Part shown: in pieces, positions 49,601-59,840 of the stretch
Numbering within the stretch: the stretch's first letter is position 1
Layout: every line of letters begins with the position of its first letter
From: Coleofasciculus sp. B1-GNL1-01
GTDB lineage: Bacteria; Cyanobacteriota; Cyanobacteriia; Cyanobacteriales; Coleofasciculaceae
NCBI GenBank assembly: GCA_040220235.1
Contig: JAVJTO010000108.1
Direction: 5' to 3' (one strand)
DNA: 64,000 nucleotides
Translations under genes and position numbers: made by a program
The notes under the pieces: model-generated
Told to the model about the DNA's origin: nothing
The model's database searches: none
Seen by the model: only the letters and a program-made list of their open reading frames with translations

Positions 49601-51696
49601 TTGGAAATCAACCGGGTGCGTTTAATCCAAATCCTGTTGAATTGGCTCAAATCCCCTTGCAAGGAGATACAGGAATCTCCACATCAGCTTTAGGTAGTGG
49701 GAACTCTGGCAATTTAACAATTAATACCGGACGATTATCCATTCGCGACGGTGGCGGAATTACTACCTTTGTCAACCGGGGTGAGGGGGGAGATTTAACC
49801 GTCAATGCGACAGACATCGTTTTACAAGGAGAGGGTGGTATCGGTACAGGAACCTTAGGTGAAGATGCTGGGGATTTAACCCTGACGGCGGAGAACGTCT
49901 CTCTTTCCGACGGCGTTTTGATTAGCACGTCTACAGGGCGGTATGGAAATGCTGGAGACTTAACCTTAGATGTGCGTCATTTGAGCATTCGCAATGGTGC
50001 TGGCGTCCTCGGAAATACCGGAGCAGATGGCAATGGGGGACAATTGACGATTAAAAATGCTGAGTTGATTGAAGTGATTGGCAGGTCGGCAGATGGCAGT
50101 TTTGCCAGTTCCATTGCCACGGATTTATTTTCGCCGAATGAATCAGGTAATGCTGGCGATATAGATATTACTAGCCAAGACTTGATTGTCCGACAAGGTG
50201 GGGAGATCACATCAGCAACCCGGGGTTTCGGAGAAGGCGGCACTATTCGATTGAATCTAGAGAATTTACAACTGAATAATGGTCGAATTAATGCCTCGAC
50301 ATCAAGATCCGGGAATGGTGGGGATATTCGGATTCGCGCTTCAGAATCCGTTGAAGTCACGGGTGCAGGATTTGAGGCGTTGCAAGAGCAATTTGTGCGT
50401 CCGGCGTTTGCAGATACGCTTACTCTGGAGAATTTTAGTCAGGGAATTGTCACGGTTACAGATGGAGAAGGAGCAGCGGGTAATGTTTTCATTGAAACCC
50501 CACATTTTATTGCCCGTGATGGTGGATTGATTGCCACTACTACGCTGAGTCAAGGTAGGGGGGGAAATCTTCAGATTGATGCCACAAATCGGATCGAATT
50601 AGACAATTCTTTGTTAGGTGCAGGAACCTTTGATCAGGCGGAATCGGGCAATGTTACTCTAACCACTTCTCGGCTGGTTGCACGAGGGGGAGCGCAGGTA
50701 TTAACCACCACCTTTGATTCTGGGCAAGCTGGGGATTTAAATGTAAATGTGTCAGAATTGATTGAACTGTCTGACCCCACGAATGAAGGAACTCTCATCG
50801 GTACAGGTTTATTTGCCTCCTCAACTGAAGCCGCATCTGGTGATGGGGGAGATATCAATATTAATAGTCCCACGAGTGAATTAAATATTCGCGATCGCGC
50901 GGCAGTGTCGGTGAGTGCTACAGGGACAGGTAATGCTGGCGATATCAATGTTGATGTCCGCTCTCTTTTCTTAGATCAAGGGTCAATTACAGCAACGAGT
51001 TTATCAGGGGAAGGGGGTAATATCAACCTCAAGGTAGCTGAGACGTTTATCTTGCGAAATAATAGTCAACTGTCCACCCGTGCTGGAACGGAATCCAGTG
51101 GCGGTGGCAATGGGGGAGATCTGATAGTTGATGCTAATTTTATTGTGGGAGTGCTGTCGGAAAATAGTGACATTATCGCCAATGCTTTTGAAGGAAATGG
51201 CGGCAATATTACGATTACTACTCAAAGTATTTTAGGGTTGCAAGTGAGCGAAATGTTAACCCCCAACAGTGATATTATTGCCAGTTCAGAATTAGGAATT
51301 GATGGTCGAATTGTGATTAATACGCCGAATATCGACCCCTCACGAGGGTTAATTGAACTGCCCTCAACTTTCTCTGATCCCTCTGGGCAAATCATTTCCG
51401 GCTGTCCGGCGGATACAGGCGATCGCTTTGTAGTCACGGGACGCGGTGGAATTCCCCATTCTCCCAGTCAATACCTGTCTGGACGGGCAATTTGGGAAGA
51501 TACCCGAGGGTTATCCCGTCAGAATTCGCCATCCTCAACTCCTACTAATTCTCAGCTATCCCAAACTGATACTCAACCTTTAATTGAAGCCCAAGGTTGG
51601 GTTATTGACAAGAATGGCACAGTTATTCTTACGGCTGAACCGTATCGGGGAAAACGAGTGAATATTGGCATGGATTTTCGTAGCTGTGGCAATTAA
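46648..51696 (+). CDS. Filamentous haemagglutinin-like (TPS domain) exoprotein; start probably near 46720
   Basis: AQLIPDNTLG, NLFHSFSEFNV, NILTRVTG, LFLLNPNGILFG; beta-helical GG.I repeats; cyanobacterial C-terminus TGRGG.P...EAQGW. Confidence 0.92.
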   Translation: MPLFFSILGVLLELGFARSRGLGLMTIIMFLKQGRSLTFPLVWLTLFNPAVQAQLIPDNTLGTEASIVTPQEARDLIEGGAKRGSNLFHSFSEFNVSFDQQVYFANPEGIANILTRVTGDHRSNIFGTLGVDGNANLFLLNPNGILFGADAQLDVGGSFVASTADGIKLGNDGVFRAKNPQDSQLLAIQPGVLFLDALRQQQAEIRNQGNLSVGAGETLRLDGDRVISTGSLTAPGGTIQVFGEEVQLLETAKIDVSASTGGGSVAIGTGEQVTIDSGVQIHADSLNQGDGGSVIIRANGTTQFEGTITARGASDNPQSNGGFVDVSGGYLEFTGIVDTTAPLGDVGTLLLDPKNIWIQADGSDPAEGQTFETNPTEVSIINGNVLGSALATNSVTLQANNDIAINQSIFSPSSNSLTLQAGRSITIADNLLILLDGGDFIAKINDENAIASQRDAGVAQFLMNPDSTLTSLGGRIEITSGTFADTSQINTANSTISSADVLGNSGRSGDISLFALGNVTTGLVNTGRTIGGDVVANNGGNITIKSENGAIATTDFVTSDGINQAGNVLLEASGNLSVDENITSTSTEGIGGNITLNSEKGAITTSAMLISDSLNQAGDISLDASGNLDINGNISSRGEIGGNITLNSQNGAIATTASLVSDGITQAGTISVDAAGTLTTMETIIANSQNQAGDISLHAIGDVSINRNINAMGEIGGNITLRSENGGITTTAALVSNSLNQGGDISVEAHENLSINQNIASRGEIGGNITLKSENGAITTTAALVSEGINQAGDISVDAAGDLNTMGNIVANSENQAGDLSLNAIGDLSVNKTIASDGNFAGQITLNSGGLFWHRGNTITNSGRLPGVAKGITITAQSILVEEDASIFSFAFNEAQGGMVQINAADDIVIRNSNIGTAAAPVPGSAEMSSADAGDINLNTRRLTIIQDPETTFPFGVGVGSNTDPSNSGNAGNVTINATESVEIIGNQPGAFNPNPVELAQIPLQGDTGISTSALGSGNSGNLTINTGRLSIRDGGGITTFVNRGEGGDLTVNATDIVLQGEGGIGTGTLGEDAGDLTLTAENVSLSDGVLISTSTGRYGNAGDLTLDVRHLSIRNGAGVLGNTGADGNGGQLTIKNAELIEVIGRSADGSFASSIATDLFSPNESGNAGDIDITSQDLIVRQGGEITSATRGFGEGGTIRLNLENLQLNNGRINASTSRSGNGGDIRIRASESVEVTGAGFEALQEQFVRPAFADTLTLENFSQGIVTVTDGEGAAGNVFIETPHFIARDGGLIATTTLSQGRGGNLQIDATNRIELDNSLLGAGTFDQAESGNVTLTTSRLVARGGAQVLTTTFDSGQAGDLNVNVSELIELSDPTNEGTLIGTGLFASSTEAASGDGGDININSPTSELNIRDRAAVSVSATGTGNAGDINVDVRSLFLDQGSITATSLSGEGGNINLKVAETFILRNNSQLSTRAGTESSGGGNGGDLIVDANFIVGVLSENSDIIANAFEGNGGNITITTQSILGLQVSEMLTPNSDIIASSELGIDGRIVINTPNIDPSRGLIELPSTFSDPSGQIISGCPADTGDRFVVTGRGGIPHSPSQYLSGRAIWEDTRGLSRQNSPSSTPTNSQLSQTDTQPLIEAQGWVIDKNGTVILTAEPYRGKRVNIGMDFRSCGN

Positions 51697-51781
51697 TAGT
51701 ACACAATGAACGATGTAGCTAGCTTAGACAACAATCGTAATAATAAGGTACGATAAAAATAGATTATAAAGGGCTGTAAAT

Positions 51782-52159
51782 ATGGCTTCAGTATCCAATC
51801 AACCCAAAAAAGTTATCCGTACAGAACGAGGACTTGTAATCGCAGGAACTCGCATCACAGTGTACCAATTTATGGACTATATTTATGGGGGATATGCGCG
51901 ATCACTCATCCGACAGCATTTTCCCCAAATTACGGATGAACAATTTGAGGCAGCCATGTCCTACATCGAAACCAATAGGGCTGAAGTTGAAACCGAATAT
52001 CAAATGGTTGTGAAAAATGACGAAGAAATTCGACAGTACTGGGAAAAGCAAAATCGTGAATGCTTTGCTCAAATTGCCAAACTACCGCCGCCACCAGGTC
52101 AAGAAACAGCCTGGGCAAAGCTTCAAGCCGCGAAAGCCAGACTTGAATCTAAGTCATGA
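51782..52159 (+). CDS. DUF433 putative antitoxin
   Basis: RTERGL.IAGTRITVY..MDY. Confidence 0.8.
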   Translation: MASVSNQPKKVIRTERGLVIAGTRITVYQFMDYIYGGYARSLIRQHFPQITDEQFEAAMSYIETNRAEVETEYQMVVKNDEEIRQYWEKQNRECFAQIAKLPPPPGQETAWAKLQAAKARLESKS

Positions 52160-52548
52160 ACTTTCTGATTGACCACAATATTAGGGGACAGGCACAGCTT
52201 TTATTGAATGTTATTGAACATGAAGGTTGGCTTGATTTGGTGGCGATTCGCTTTGTTACGTTTGAAGAGATAGCACTAGACATTGATAGCAGCGATAGAA
52301 CAGTTTGGCGAGTCGCACAAGCCAATCAGATGATTTTAATAACAGCGAATCGAAGCATGAAAGGCAAGGATTCACTAGAACAAGTGATACGTGAAGAAAA
52401 TACACTTGATTCTTTGCCTGTGGTTACGATTGGCAACGTTGAGCGCGTGATTGACTCTGAATATCGAGAGCGTTGCGTCAATCGACTGGTTGAGATTTCC
52501 CTTTATGCTGAGAACTATTTGGGTGCAAGACGAATTTTCATACCATGA
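52156..52548 (+). CDS. DUF5615-like PIN putative toxin
   Basis: FLIDHN, SSDR.VW..AQ...MILITANR; ATGA overlap. Confidence 0.75.
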   Translation: MNFLIDHNIRGQAQLLLNVIEHEGWLDLVAIRFVTFEEIALDIDSSDRTVWRVAQANQMILITANRSMKGKDSLEQVIREENTLDSLPVVTIGNVERVIDSEYRERCVNRLVEISLYAENYLGARRIFIP

Positions 52549-52596
52549 AGCTCTAGTGCAGCGTGGCGAAAATACTTGAGCAGCTTTGTAGATCAT

Positions 52597-52745
52597 TAAG
52601 TAGGTGGACACAATTAAAGTTAGCGGTGGAGATTAGGGAACAGGGAACACCTCGACTTCGCTCGGTGTGTAACAGGGAACAGTAAGGGTTTGAGGTTTGT
52701 TTACATAACTTAATCTAGTTAAGTTTATTTCTACCAACCTACTTA
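52597..52745. mobile_element. MITE family A copy
   Basis: TAAGTAGGT...ACCTACTTA ends. Confidence 0.75.
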
Positions 52746-52765
52746 GCAAAAACATTAAATTCAGG

Positions 52766-55384
52766 ATGCCGATCATGAAAGGGTTGGGAAGACGTGCCAA
52801 GAAACGACTACTATTTTTAGGATTAGCCTGGTTAACCGTTGTGGGGGTAATCGCCTCTCCTGTCGCCCTGGGACATGTCTCGACTCTCCCTCAGCTCCCT
52901 CAGCCGGATATCATACAACAGGAGTCTCATCTGGCTCAATCCCTTGATCCAGTAAGCCGATTGAGTCAAGGTAAAATTGACTATGATCGGGGACGCTTTG
53001 CTGATGCAGTACGGGTTTGGCAAGAAGCGGAACAGGTTTACCAACAAGCAGGCGATCGCATTAACCAGGCAATCAGCTTAAATTATCTGTCCCTTGCCTA
53101 TCAACATCTGGGACAATGGGAACAAGCAAAAGAATCGATTGAAGAAAGTCTGACTATCCTCCCTACTCCCACTGATCCCGCCCTCTTAGCACAAGTATTA
53201 AATACCAAAGGCAGTCTGCAATTGGCAACCGGACAATCGGAAGTTGCGTTGCACACCTGGAAAGCCGCCGAGACAGCCTACTCCCAAGCTGATGATGCTA
53301 TTGGCGTCTTAGGGTGTCAAATCAATCAGGCGCAAGCCTTGCAAAGCTTGGGGATGTTTCGGCGATCGCAACAAGTCTTAGAACGGGTGCAGCAAGCGCT
53401 AACGCGACAGCCGGATTCGCTAATTAAAGCCACCGGATTACGCAGCCTGGGGATGGTTTGGCAAGCGATTGGAGAATTAGATGATGCCCAAAACGTGCTT
53501 AACCAGAGTTTAGCGATCGCCCAAACCCTCAACTCCCCCACCGATATCAGCGCGGCTTTCTTGAATCTGGGTAATGCGGCACGATCTTTAGGCGATCGGG
53601 ATGCGGCGATCAATTATTACCATAACGCCGCAAAAACGGCAACCGCTCCCTTAAACCAACTCGAAGCCCAACTGAACCAATTTAAGATACTGATTCATCA
53701 ACAGCAATTTAATCAAGCACAAGACTTATTTCCTACAATTAAGCGCAATCTCTCCCAATTATCTCCCAGTCGATATGCTATCTATGCTCAGGTGAATTGG
53801 GCAGAGAGTTTAATCGAACTCCTAGACAATCCAGAGAGATATTCTCCAGAACTGATCACATCACAAGACATCGCTCAACTCCTCGCCAAAACCATTGCTC
53901 AAGCTAAAGCATTAAATGACATCCGCGCTGAATCCTTAGCTCTAGGAACCCTGGGGAAACTCTATCAAACCAACCAACAAGGGTTAGACGCTCAACGTTT
54001 ACTCCAACAAGCCCTATTCTTTTCCCAAACGATTAACGCCAGAGATATTTCCTATCAATGGCAATGGCAACTGACCCAAATTTATCAGCAAACTGGAGAT
54101 CTAAACGCCGCGATTACTGCCAATCAAGACGCCTTTGATCTACTGCAATCGATTCGGGGAGATTTAGTCGCGATGAACCCCGATGTGCGGTTTTCGTTTC
54201 AAGAACAAATTGAACCCATCTACCGGAATTTAGTCCGTCTTTTATTACAAAGTTCCTCACCCGATAATCTCAAGCAGGCGCGTAATGTGATTGAATCCCT
54301 CCAGTTAGCCGAATTGGAGAACTACTTTCGCACCTCCTGCTTAAATGCTAAAGCCGAGCAAATTGATACCGTGATTGAGGACAGCGATACCCAAACAGCG
54401 GTGATTTATCCGATTATTTTACCTGACCGGATTGCGGTGATTCTTTCCTTACCTGGACAACCCTTAGAAACTTACAGCACCGAGTTACCTCAAGCTGAGA
54501 TTGAAGAGGCGGTGAATCAACTGCGACAGTCGATGAATATCGCCTACTCGAATCGCAAACGGCTGGCTATTTCTCAAACCATTTATGACTGGTTAATTCG
54601 ACCTGTAGAAACTCAGTTTGCTCAACAAGATATCAAAACCTTAGTCTTTGTTCTCGATGGTGTGTTGCGGAATGTACCAATGGCGGCACTTCATGATGGT
54701 CAACAGTATTTAATCGAGAAGTATAGCATTGCCTTAACACCAGGATTACAATTACTAGAGCCGCGATCGCTCACCCAATTGCAACTACGTTCCCTGACTG
54801 GCGGATTAAGTGAACCCCGTTTAGGGTTTTCGGCGTTACCGGCTGTGGAAGATGAAATTGAACAAGTTAGTACAAATATTCCATCCAATGTTCTGTTCAA
54901 TCAAGCCTTTACCAGCACAGCCCTAGAGAACAAAATTAACACACTTCCGGTGAGTGTGGTTCACCTGGCTACCCATGGTCAATTTAGTTCTAACCCGGAA
55001 GACACGTTTATTCTCACCTGGGATAAGCGGTTTAATGCCAATACCCTATCTCAACTTCTCAAAGGTAGAAACCAAGACAATTTTCCCCCGATTGAACTCC
55101 TGGTTCTCAGTGCTTGCCAAACCGCAAATGGCGATCAACGAGCGGCGTTAGGATTAGCGGGATTAGCGGTGCGATCGGGAACCCGCAGTACCATTGGCAC
55201 ATTATGGTCAGTGAAAGATCAATCGACGGCTCAGGCGATGATTCAACTGTATAATAATTTAACTCAGCCTGATACTAATCGTGCTGAAGCCTTACGACAA
55301 GCTCAGTTATTTCTACTCCGGCAAAATCAATACCAGCATCCCTACTACTGGGCACCCTTTATTTTAGTTGGCAATTGGTTATAA
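52766..55384 (+). CDS. TPR + CHAT (caspase/HetF-like) domain protein, probably exported
   Basis: Signal/TM N-terminus, TPRs, HLATHGQF (His), VLSACQT (Cys), HPYYWAPFILVGNWL. Confidence 0.92.
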   Translation: MPIMKGLGRRAKKRLLFLGLAWLTVVGVIASPVALGHVSTLPQLPQPDIIQQESHLAQSLDPVSRLSQGKIDYDRGRFADAVRVWQEAEQVYQQAGDRINQAISLNYLSLAYQHLGQWEQAKESIEESLTILPTPTDPALLAQVLNTKGSLQLATGQSEVALHTWKAAETAYSQADDAIGVLGCQINQAQALQSLGMFRRSQQVLERVQQALTRQPDSLIKATGLRSLGMVWQAIGELDDAQNVLNQSLAIAQTLNSPTDISAAFLNLGNAARSLGDRDAAINYYHNAAKTATAPLNQLEAQLNQFKILIHQQQFNQAQDLFPTIKRNLSQLSPSRYAIYAQVNWAESLIELLDNPERYSPELITSQDIAQLLAKTIAQAKALNDIRAESLALGTLGKLYQTNQQGLDAQRLLQQALFFSQTINARDISYQWQWQLTQIYQQTGDLNAAITANQDAFDLLQSIRGDLVAMNPDVRFSFQEQIEPIYRNLVRLLLQSSSPDNLKQARNVIESLQLAELENYFRTSCLNAKAEQIDTVIEDSDTQTAVIYPIILPDRIAVILSLPGQPLETYSTELPQAEIEEAVNQLRQSMNIAYSNRKRLAISQTIYDWLIRPVETQFAQQDIKTLVFVLDGVLRNVPMAALHDGQQYLIEKYSIALTPGLQLLEPRSLTQLQLRSLTGGLSEPRLGFSALPAVEDEIEQVSTNIPSNVLFNQAFTSTALENKINTLPVSVVHLATHGQFSSNPEDTFILTWDKRFNANTLSQLLKGRNQDNFPPIELLVLSACQTANGDQRAALGLAGLAVRSGTRSTIGTLWSVKDQSTAQAMIQLYNNLTQPDTNRAEALRQAQLFLLRQNQYQHPYYWAPFILVGNWL

Positions 55385-55735
55385 GTCATTTGTCATTTGT
55401 CATTTGTCATTTGTCATTTGTCATTCGTCATTCGTCATTTGTTCATTGTTGATTGGTAATCCTCTTCCCCATCTCCCCAATCTCCCCCATCTGACACACC
55501 GAGCGAAGTCGAGGTGTTCCCCAGCTCCGCCAGTTCCTCTGCCTTTTGGTGGATGCTATTTTCGCAAAATGTTATAATACAAGTTTTAGACAACTCCACA
55601 AATAGGGTAACAGCAATTTCGGAAGATCTTGCTGAAACAAACAATTAAATCTTCAGGTGGATAGACCGTCACTTAAACGAGTCTATCTCTAGAGTAACTG
55701 TATTAATTTGAGACCCCTGTATCAATTTTAGACCC

Positions 55736-56314
55736 ATGAAACCCTTTCATTTTTTCAGTGTAAAGTGGCTTAGTTGGCATTTCACTTTAATTCTATTGTC
55801 CATCACACTATCTTTAGAATTGGCGATTGTTCCTAGTCTGGTCGCCCAAACTCAAGCTGTGACAGATCCAAATAATAATGAACCGTTTACACCTCCTGGA
55901 GATGACAGTCCAGAGGGTGATACAAAAGGAGCAGGAACTCGTGATGGCGGTCATTGTACCCAAGATGAGGTGGCTGAAGGTACACCAGGATTTTCGGTTT
56001 TGATGCCAGTTGAGAGTGAAACGATCGCCCAACGTCCTACATTCTCACTTTATATCCCAGAAACGGGAGCGCGGAAAGTGTTTTTTAGTTTAAAGGATGC
56101 TGAGGAAGAGTACGATTACCAGACAATCATCACATTACCAAAAACTGGGAGTGAGTTTAGCTTTCCATTACCAGAAGATGCACCTGATCTAAAGACAAAT
56201 ACGCCATATCAATGGTCTATCAGCTTAATTTGTCAACAGTCGCTTGATCCCAATGACCCAACTTTAACGGGTGTAATTGAGCGAGTCGAATCTCAAGAAA
56301 TTACAGACAATTAA
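55736..56314 (+). CDS. DUF928 domain protein
   Basis: GAGTRDG.C, T....PTF..YIP, Y.W...LIC, G.IERV. Confidence 0.85.
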   Translation: MKPFHFFSVKWLSWHFTLILLSITLSLELAIVPSLVAQTQAVTDPNNNEPFTPPGDDSPEGDTKGAGTRDGGHCTQDEVAEGTPGFSVLMPVESETIAQRPTFSLYIPETGARKVFFSLKDAEEEYDYQTIITLPKTGSEFSFPLPEDAPDLKTNTPYQWSISLICQQSLDPNDPTLTGVIERVESQEITDN

Positions 56315-56436
56315 GATTATTGGTTATTTGTCCTTTGTCATTGGTCATTTGTCGTTGAGACGGGGCGGGTTTAGTTAAGTTATCGGTTTGTAGTAAAATG
56401 TTAGCCGTAAAACCCGCCCCTACATGCCTGTTACCC

Positions 56437-59142
56437 CTATTCCCTATTCGGGAGACATTCTTCAATCAAGGCGTGATTGCTTTCGCGTTCTGACTTTTTC
56501 AGATATTCTAGAGCAATCCGTACCGCCGCCGGAGAGGTTGGGTAGTCTTGGGCGAGTAACTCTAGAATGCGACGGAGTTGGAGTTTCTCGATTTGCTTGC
56601 TGGTAAACCAAGACAGTGCGATCGCGGATAGAATTAATCCTAGGATTGGGGGAATCACAGGTATCCACCACCCCTGTAAGAAGGCGTTATAGGCGATGGC
56701 GACTAATACTAAACCTGCGATCGCAATTCCCAACGCCACCCGCTGAGGAGACTGTAACCGCCAACTTAATACTGTACCGATTAAAGACCACACCAAAACC
56801 CACAATCCCTCTTGAAATTCACTCCATGTCCGGATTAGGGGACGATTATCGAGGGCTGCACTTAAAATCTGGCTGGTTAAATTAGCATGAACCACAACAC
56901 CCGCCATCCCTTGTGGTGTGCGAGACAAACTCCCACTGTAGGGGGTATAGAAAAAGTCCTTCAGGCTAGTTGCGATCGCGCCAATTAAAATAACCCGTCC
57001 GGTAAACCCATTATCACGCTTTATTTCTACGGGAATCTGATTCTCTAGTAAATCGGTAAGCGAGATGCTATAAAAATCCTCTAAAGAGCCACGATAGTTT
57101 AATAGGATCTGATAACCCCCAGTATTCACCCGAATATAGCCGCCATCATTTTTATCCAACGGTGAAAAAATTGCCTGACCCAATTGCCAATGATGCTGTG
57201 CTTGAGTTTGAGGTGTAATTCCTTGGGTTTCTAGATAGTGCAATGCTAGTTTTAAGCTGAAACTCAGGTGAAGTTTATCGCCGCGTTTAACGGATATTAA
57301 CCCTCGGCGAACTTTGCGATCTGCATCTAATACCATATCCACAAAACCGATTTGCCCCGACTGGTTTAACGTGGGAGGGGGATTCACGGAATTACCAACA
57401 ACTTTCTCGGCACCAATCAGATTAGGAGTAGACTGAAATAGCTTAACTAATTCTTGATGTCCAGGTTCAACAGGCAAATCTCGATACACATCTAAACCAA
57501 TGACACGCGGATTATCCGCTTTTAATCGAGTAATCGCCTCTACTAACACTGCATCCGGGAGGGGCCACTGTCCAATTTGAGTGATATCGTTTTCATCAAT
57601 GGTGACAATTACAACACGCGGATCAGGGGGTTCTAAGGGGCGAACTCGGAAAAATTTGTCCCAAACATCCCATTCTAAACCTTGCAACAATCCGGTTAAA
57701 CTTAACAGAATTACCAGAATAGTTGTGCTAAGGCTGATCACGCCAATCCATCCGCGCCACAGTCGATGTCTGATTGGTTCTGTTTTAGCTTTCTTGGTCG
57801 CCGATGACAGCAGAGAATTGGCTTTTTCAATCGCTTTGAGGGCGTTCTGAATATCCCGTCGATTTAATTCTTGACTCGCCGCTAAAAACTGATAATCTAG
57901 ATCACTCAAACTCTTCCCTTGAGACCAGGTTAATGCCTCTCTTAATGCCTCTCCTTGCAAGAGGTGGGATTGATTCTGTTTTTTTGAGGCAATCCAGGCA
58001 TTGAAGGTGTCAGCATAAGGACGCAGGGAAACTAATTTTTTGGTTACCCAGGTTTGATTAAATACTTCTTCGTATATTCTATTTTTTACCTGGAGTATTC
58101 CCTGATTTTTAACTAACAAACCCGACAATAAAAGTTCGGTTGTTTCTCGCGAATCATCTGCCTCAATTTCTACACCTTGTAACACCTGCTGATAAATGCC
58201 CAGCATTCTACCCGTCCGTTGACCATTGCCTTGAATGCGATTCTGAATCGTTCTCAAATGTTCCGGATCATCCTGAGACGCCCAGTTATTAATGATGCGC
58301 GATCGCACCAGGTTTTCTACCCACCTATATTCTTGACCTGGCGGGATGATTAGGCTTTCCTGTTCTGTATTTTCTGCCGCTTTCCAAACTAAATTACACA
58401 ACTTCTGGCTGAGAAATGGCTGACCCGATGTCCACGCCAAGATTGCTTTAACAATCGTCTCAGGTGTATTAATTTTTCCCGCTAAACCTTGGATTAGGGG
58501 TTGCACCTCTTCCAGTTTAAACCCCTGTAGTTTTATGGCTTGACCAATATTAAATGAAGTCCGACTGCGATCGCGAATTAAGTCTGAGGGTGCAGCGACG
58601 CCAAAGAAAGCAAAGACAATCCGATTGTAGTCAGGATTAATCGCACGTTGATTATAGCAAAAGCGAATTAAAGCCCAAAAATCATCAATGGGAAAATCAA
58701 TGCTGAGAAGTCGATCAATTTCATCCATGAAGATAACCAACCGTTCACTGGAAAATTGACCAAGTAATGCTTCTTGAATAAACTGACAGCATCGTTGCAA
58801 AAATGAGAGATCGTCTCGCTCTTTCCACCAGGTTTTTAAATGAATCTTTCCCCGCAGATTGAACGCCAACCATAACTGGGTGACAACGCCCTTATACCAC
58901 TGTACTGGGGTTGTATATTCACCACCAATTGTGGTCATATCCAGAACTCCACAGCGGAATCCTTCCGCTTCTAGGCGATACTTTGTTCTGACAAGGAGAG
59001 AGGATTTGCCCATTTGTCGAGGGCTAAGGACATGACAAAATTCACCCGCTTTTACCGCCTCATAGAGTTGGGCATCTGCTTGTCGCACCACATAGGTAGG
59101 ATCATCATGTCTGAGACTACCGCCAACTTGGTAATTTGTCAT
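56437..59142 (-). CDS. AAA_35 ATPase plus CHASE2 transmembrane sensor
   Basis: [40 protein letters not shown]2 [13 protein letters not shown]...[20 protein letters not shown]; three TM helices. Confidence 0.9.
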   Translation of the reverse strand: MTNYQVGGSLRHDDPTYVVRQADAQLYEAVKAGEFCHVLSPRQMGKSSLLVRTKYRLEAEGFRCGVLDMTTIGGEYTTPVQWYKGVVTQLWLAFNLRGKIHLKTWWKERDDLSFLQRCCQFIQEALLGQFSSERLVIFMDEIDRLLSIDFPIDDFWALIRFCYNQRAINPDYNRIVFAFFGVAAPSDLIRDRSRTSFNIGQAIKLQGFKLEEVQPLIQGLAGKINTPETIVKAILAWTSGQPFLSQKLCNLVWKAAENTEQESLIIPPGQEYRWVENLVRSRIINNWASQDDPEHLRTIQNRIQGNGQRTGRMLGIYQQVLQGVEIEADDSRETTELLLSGLLVKNQGILQVKNRIYEEVFNQTWVTKKLVSLRPYADTFNAWIASKKQNQSHLLQGEALREALTWSQGKSLSDLDYQFLAASQELNRRDIQNALKAIEKANSLLSSATKKAKTEPIRHRLWRGWIGVISLSTTILVILLSLTGLLQGLEWDVWDKFFRVRPLEPPDPRVVIVTIDENDITQIGQWPLPDAVLVEAITRLKADNPRVIGLDVYRDLPVEPGHQELVKLFQSTPNLIGAEKVVGNSVNPPPTLNQSGQIGFVDMVLDADRKVRRGLISVKRGDKLHLSFSLKLALHYLETQGITPQTQAQHHWQLGQAIFSPLDKNDGGYIRVNTGGYQILLNYRGSLEDFYSISLTDLLENQIPVEIKRDNGFTGRVILIGAIATSLKDFFYTPYSGSLSRTPQGMAGVVVHANLTSQILSAALDNRPLIRTWSEFQEGLWVLVWSLIGTVLSWRLQSPQRVALGIAIAGLVLVAIAYNAFLQGWWIPVIPPILGLILSAIALSWFTSKQIEKLQLRRILELLAQDYPTSPAAVRIALEYLKKSERESNHALIEECLPNRE

Positions 59143-59205
59143 TTGTCATTCGTCATTTGTCATTTGTCATTTGTCATTTGTCAATAAAGAGTTATAGTTA
59201 TATTG

Positions 59206-59424
59206 TCGGTGCGGGTGTAAGGGCGGATGTAGGGTCGGATGTAGGGGTGAATGTAGGGGCGAATGTAGGGGCGGATGTAGGGGCGAATGTAGGGGCGGGT
59301 GTAGGGGCGGGTGTAGGGGCGGGTTTAGCCCTTCAACCTAGATGGTTACCAATAACGGAAAAACAAAACCCGCCCTTCTTCAACCTAGATGGTTACCAAT
59401 AACGGAAAAACAAAACCCGCCCTT
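59206..59424. repeat. Tandem 12-mer GTAGGGGCG(G/A)(A/G)T array followed by a perfect 47-bp duplication
   Basis: About 9 degenerate 12-mers at 59206-59322; CTTCAACC...CCCGCCCTT at 59331-59377 and 59378-59424. Confidence 0.85.
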
Positions 59425-59840
59425 ATTCTTAGTTCATGATAACACATATAATATAAAAATTAAAATAGGTAAAAAATCATAAAAGTTGAGGAGTTTTGTA
59501 AAGTTTATTCAAAAAGCATCAATGATACATTTTGTCAATTCCTAAAAATTGGTTAGTTAACTAGAACCTGGAGTAAGAAAGTTAGTAGAAATCAATCCAA
59601 CTATATTAAGTTTTGTAAATATACTTCAAACCCTTACATAAGACATAAGACAATCCCCACGGTTAACTGTAAATTTTCCCACCTACTTATCTGTCCATTG
59701 TGGCATAAAGACCATTATCTTGTCGGGTGAGCCAACCAACGCCACAAGAGTAGATTCACAGGTGTATGGATGCTGCCAAAGTCTGTCAGCTTGCCTCACA
59801 ATAGGAATAGGATAGCAGCAATCACAACAGGGACTCTACT

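Noticed and set aside
46648..51696. CdiA-type contact-dependent toxin with 51782-52548 as immunity
   Set aside because: No VENN/pre-toxin motif or toxin tip, and the downstream genes are a DUF433/PIN pair.
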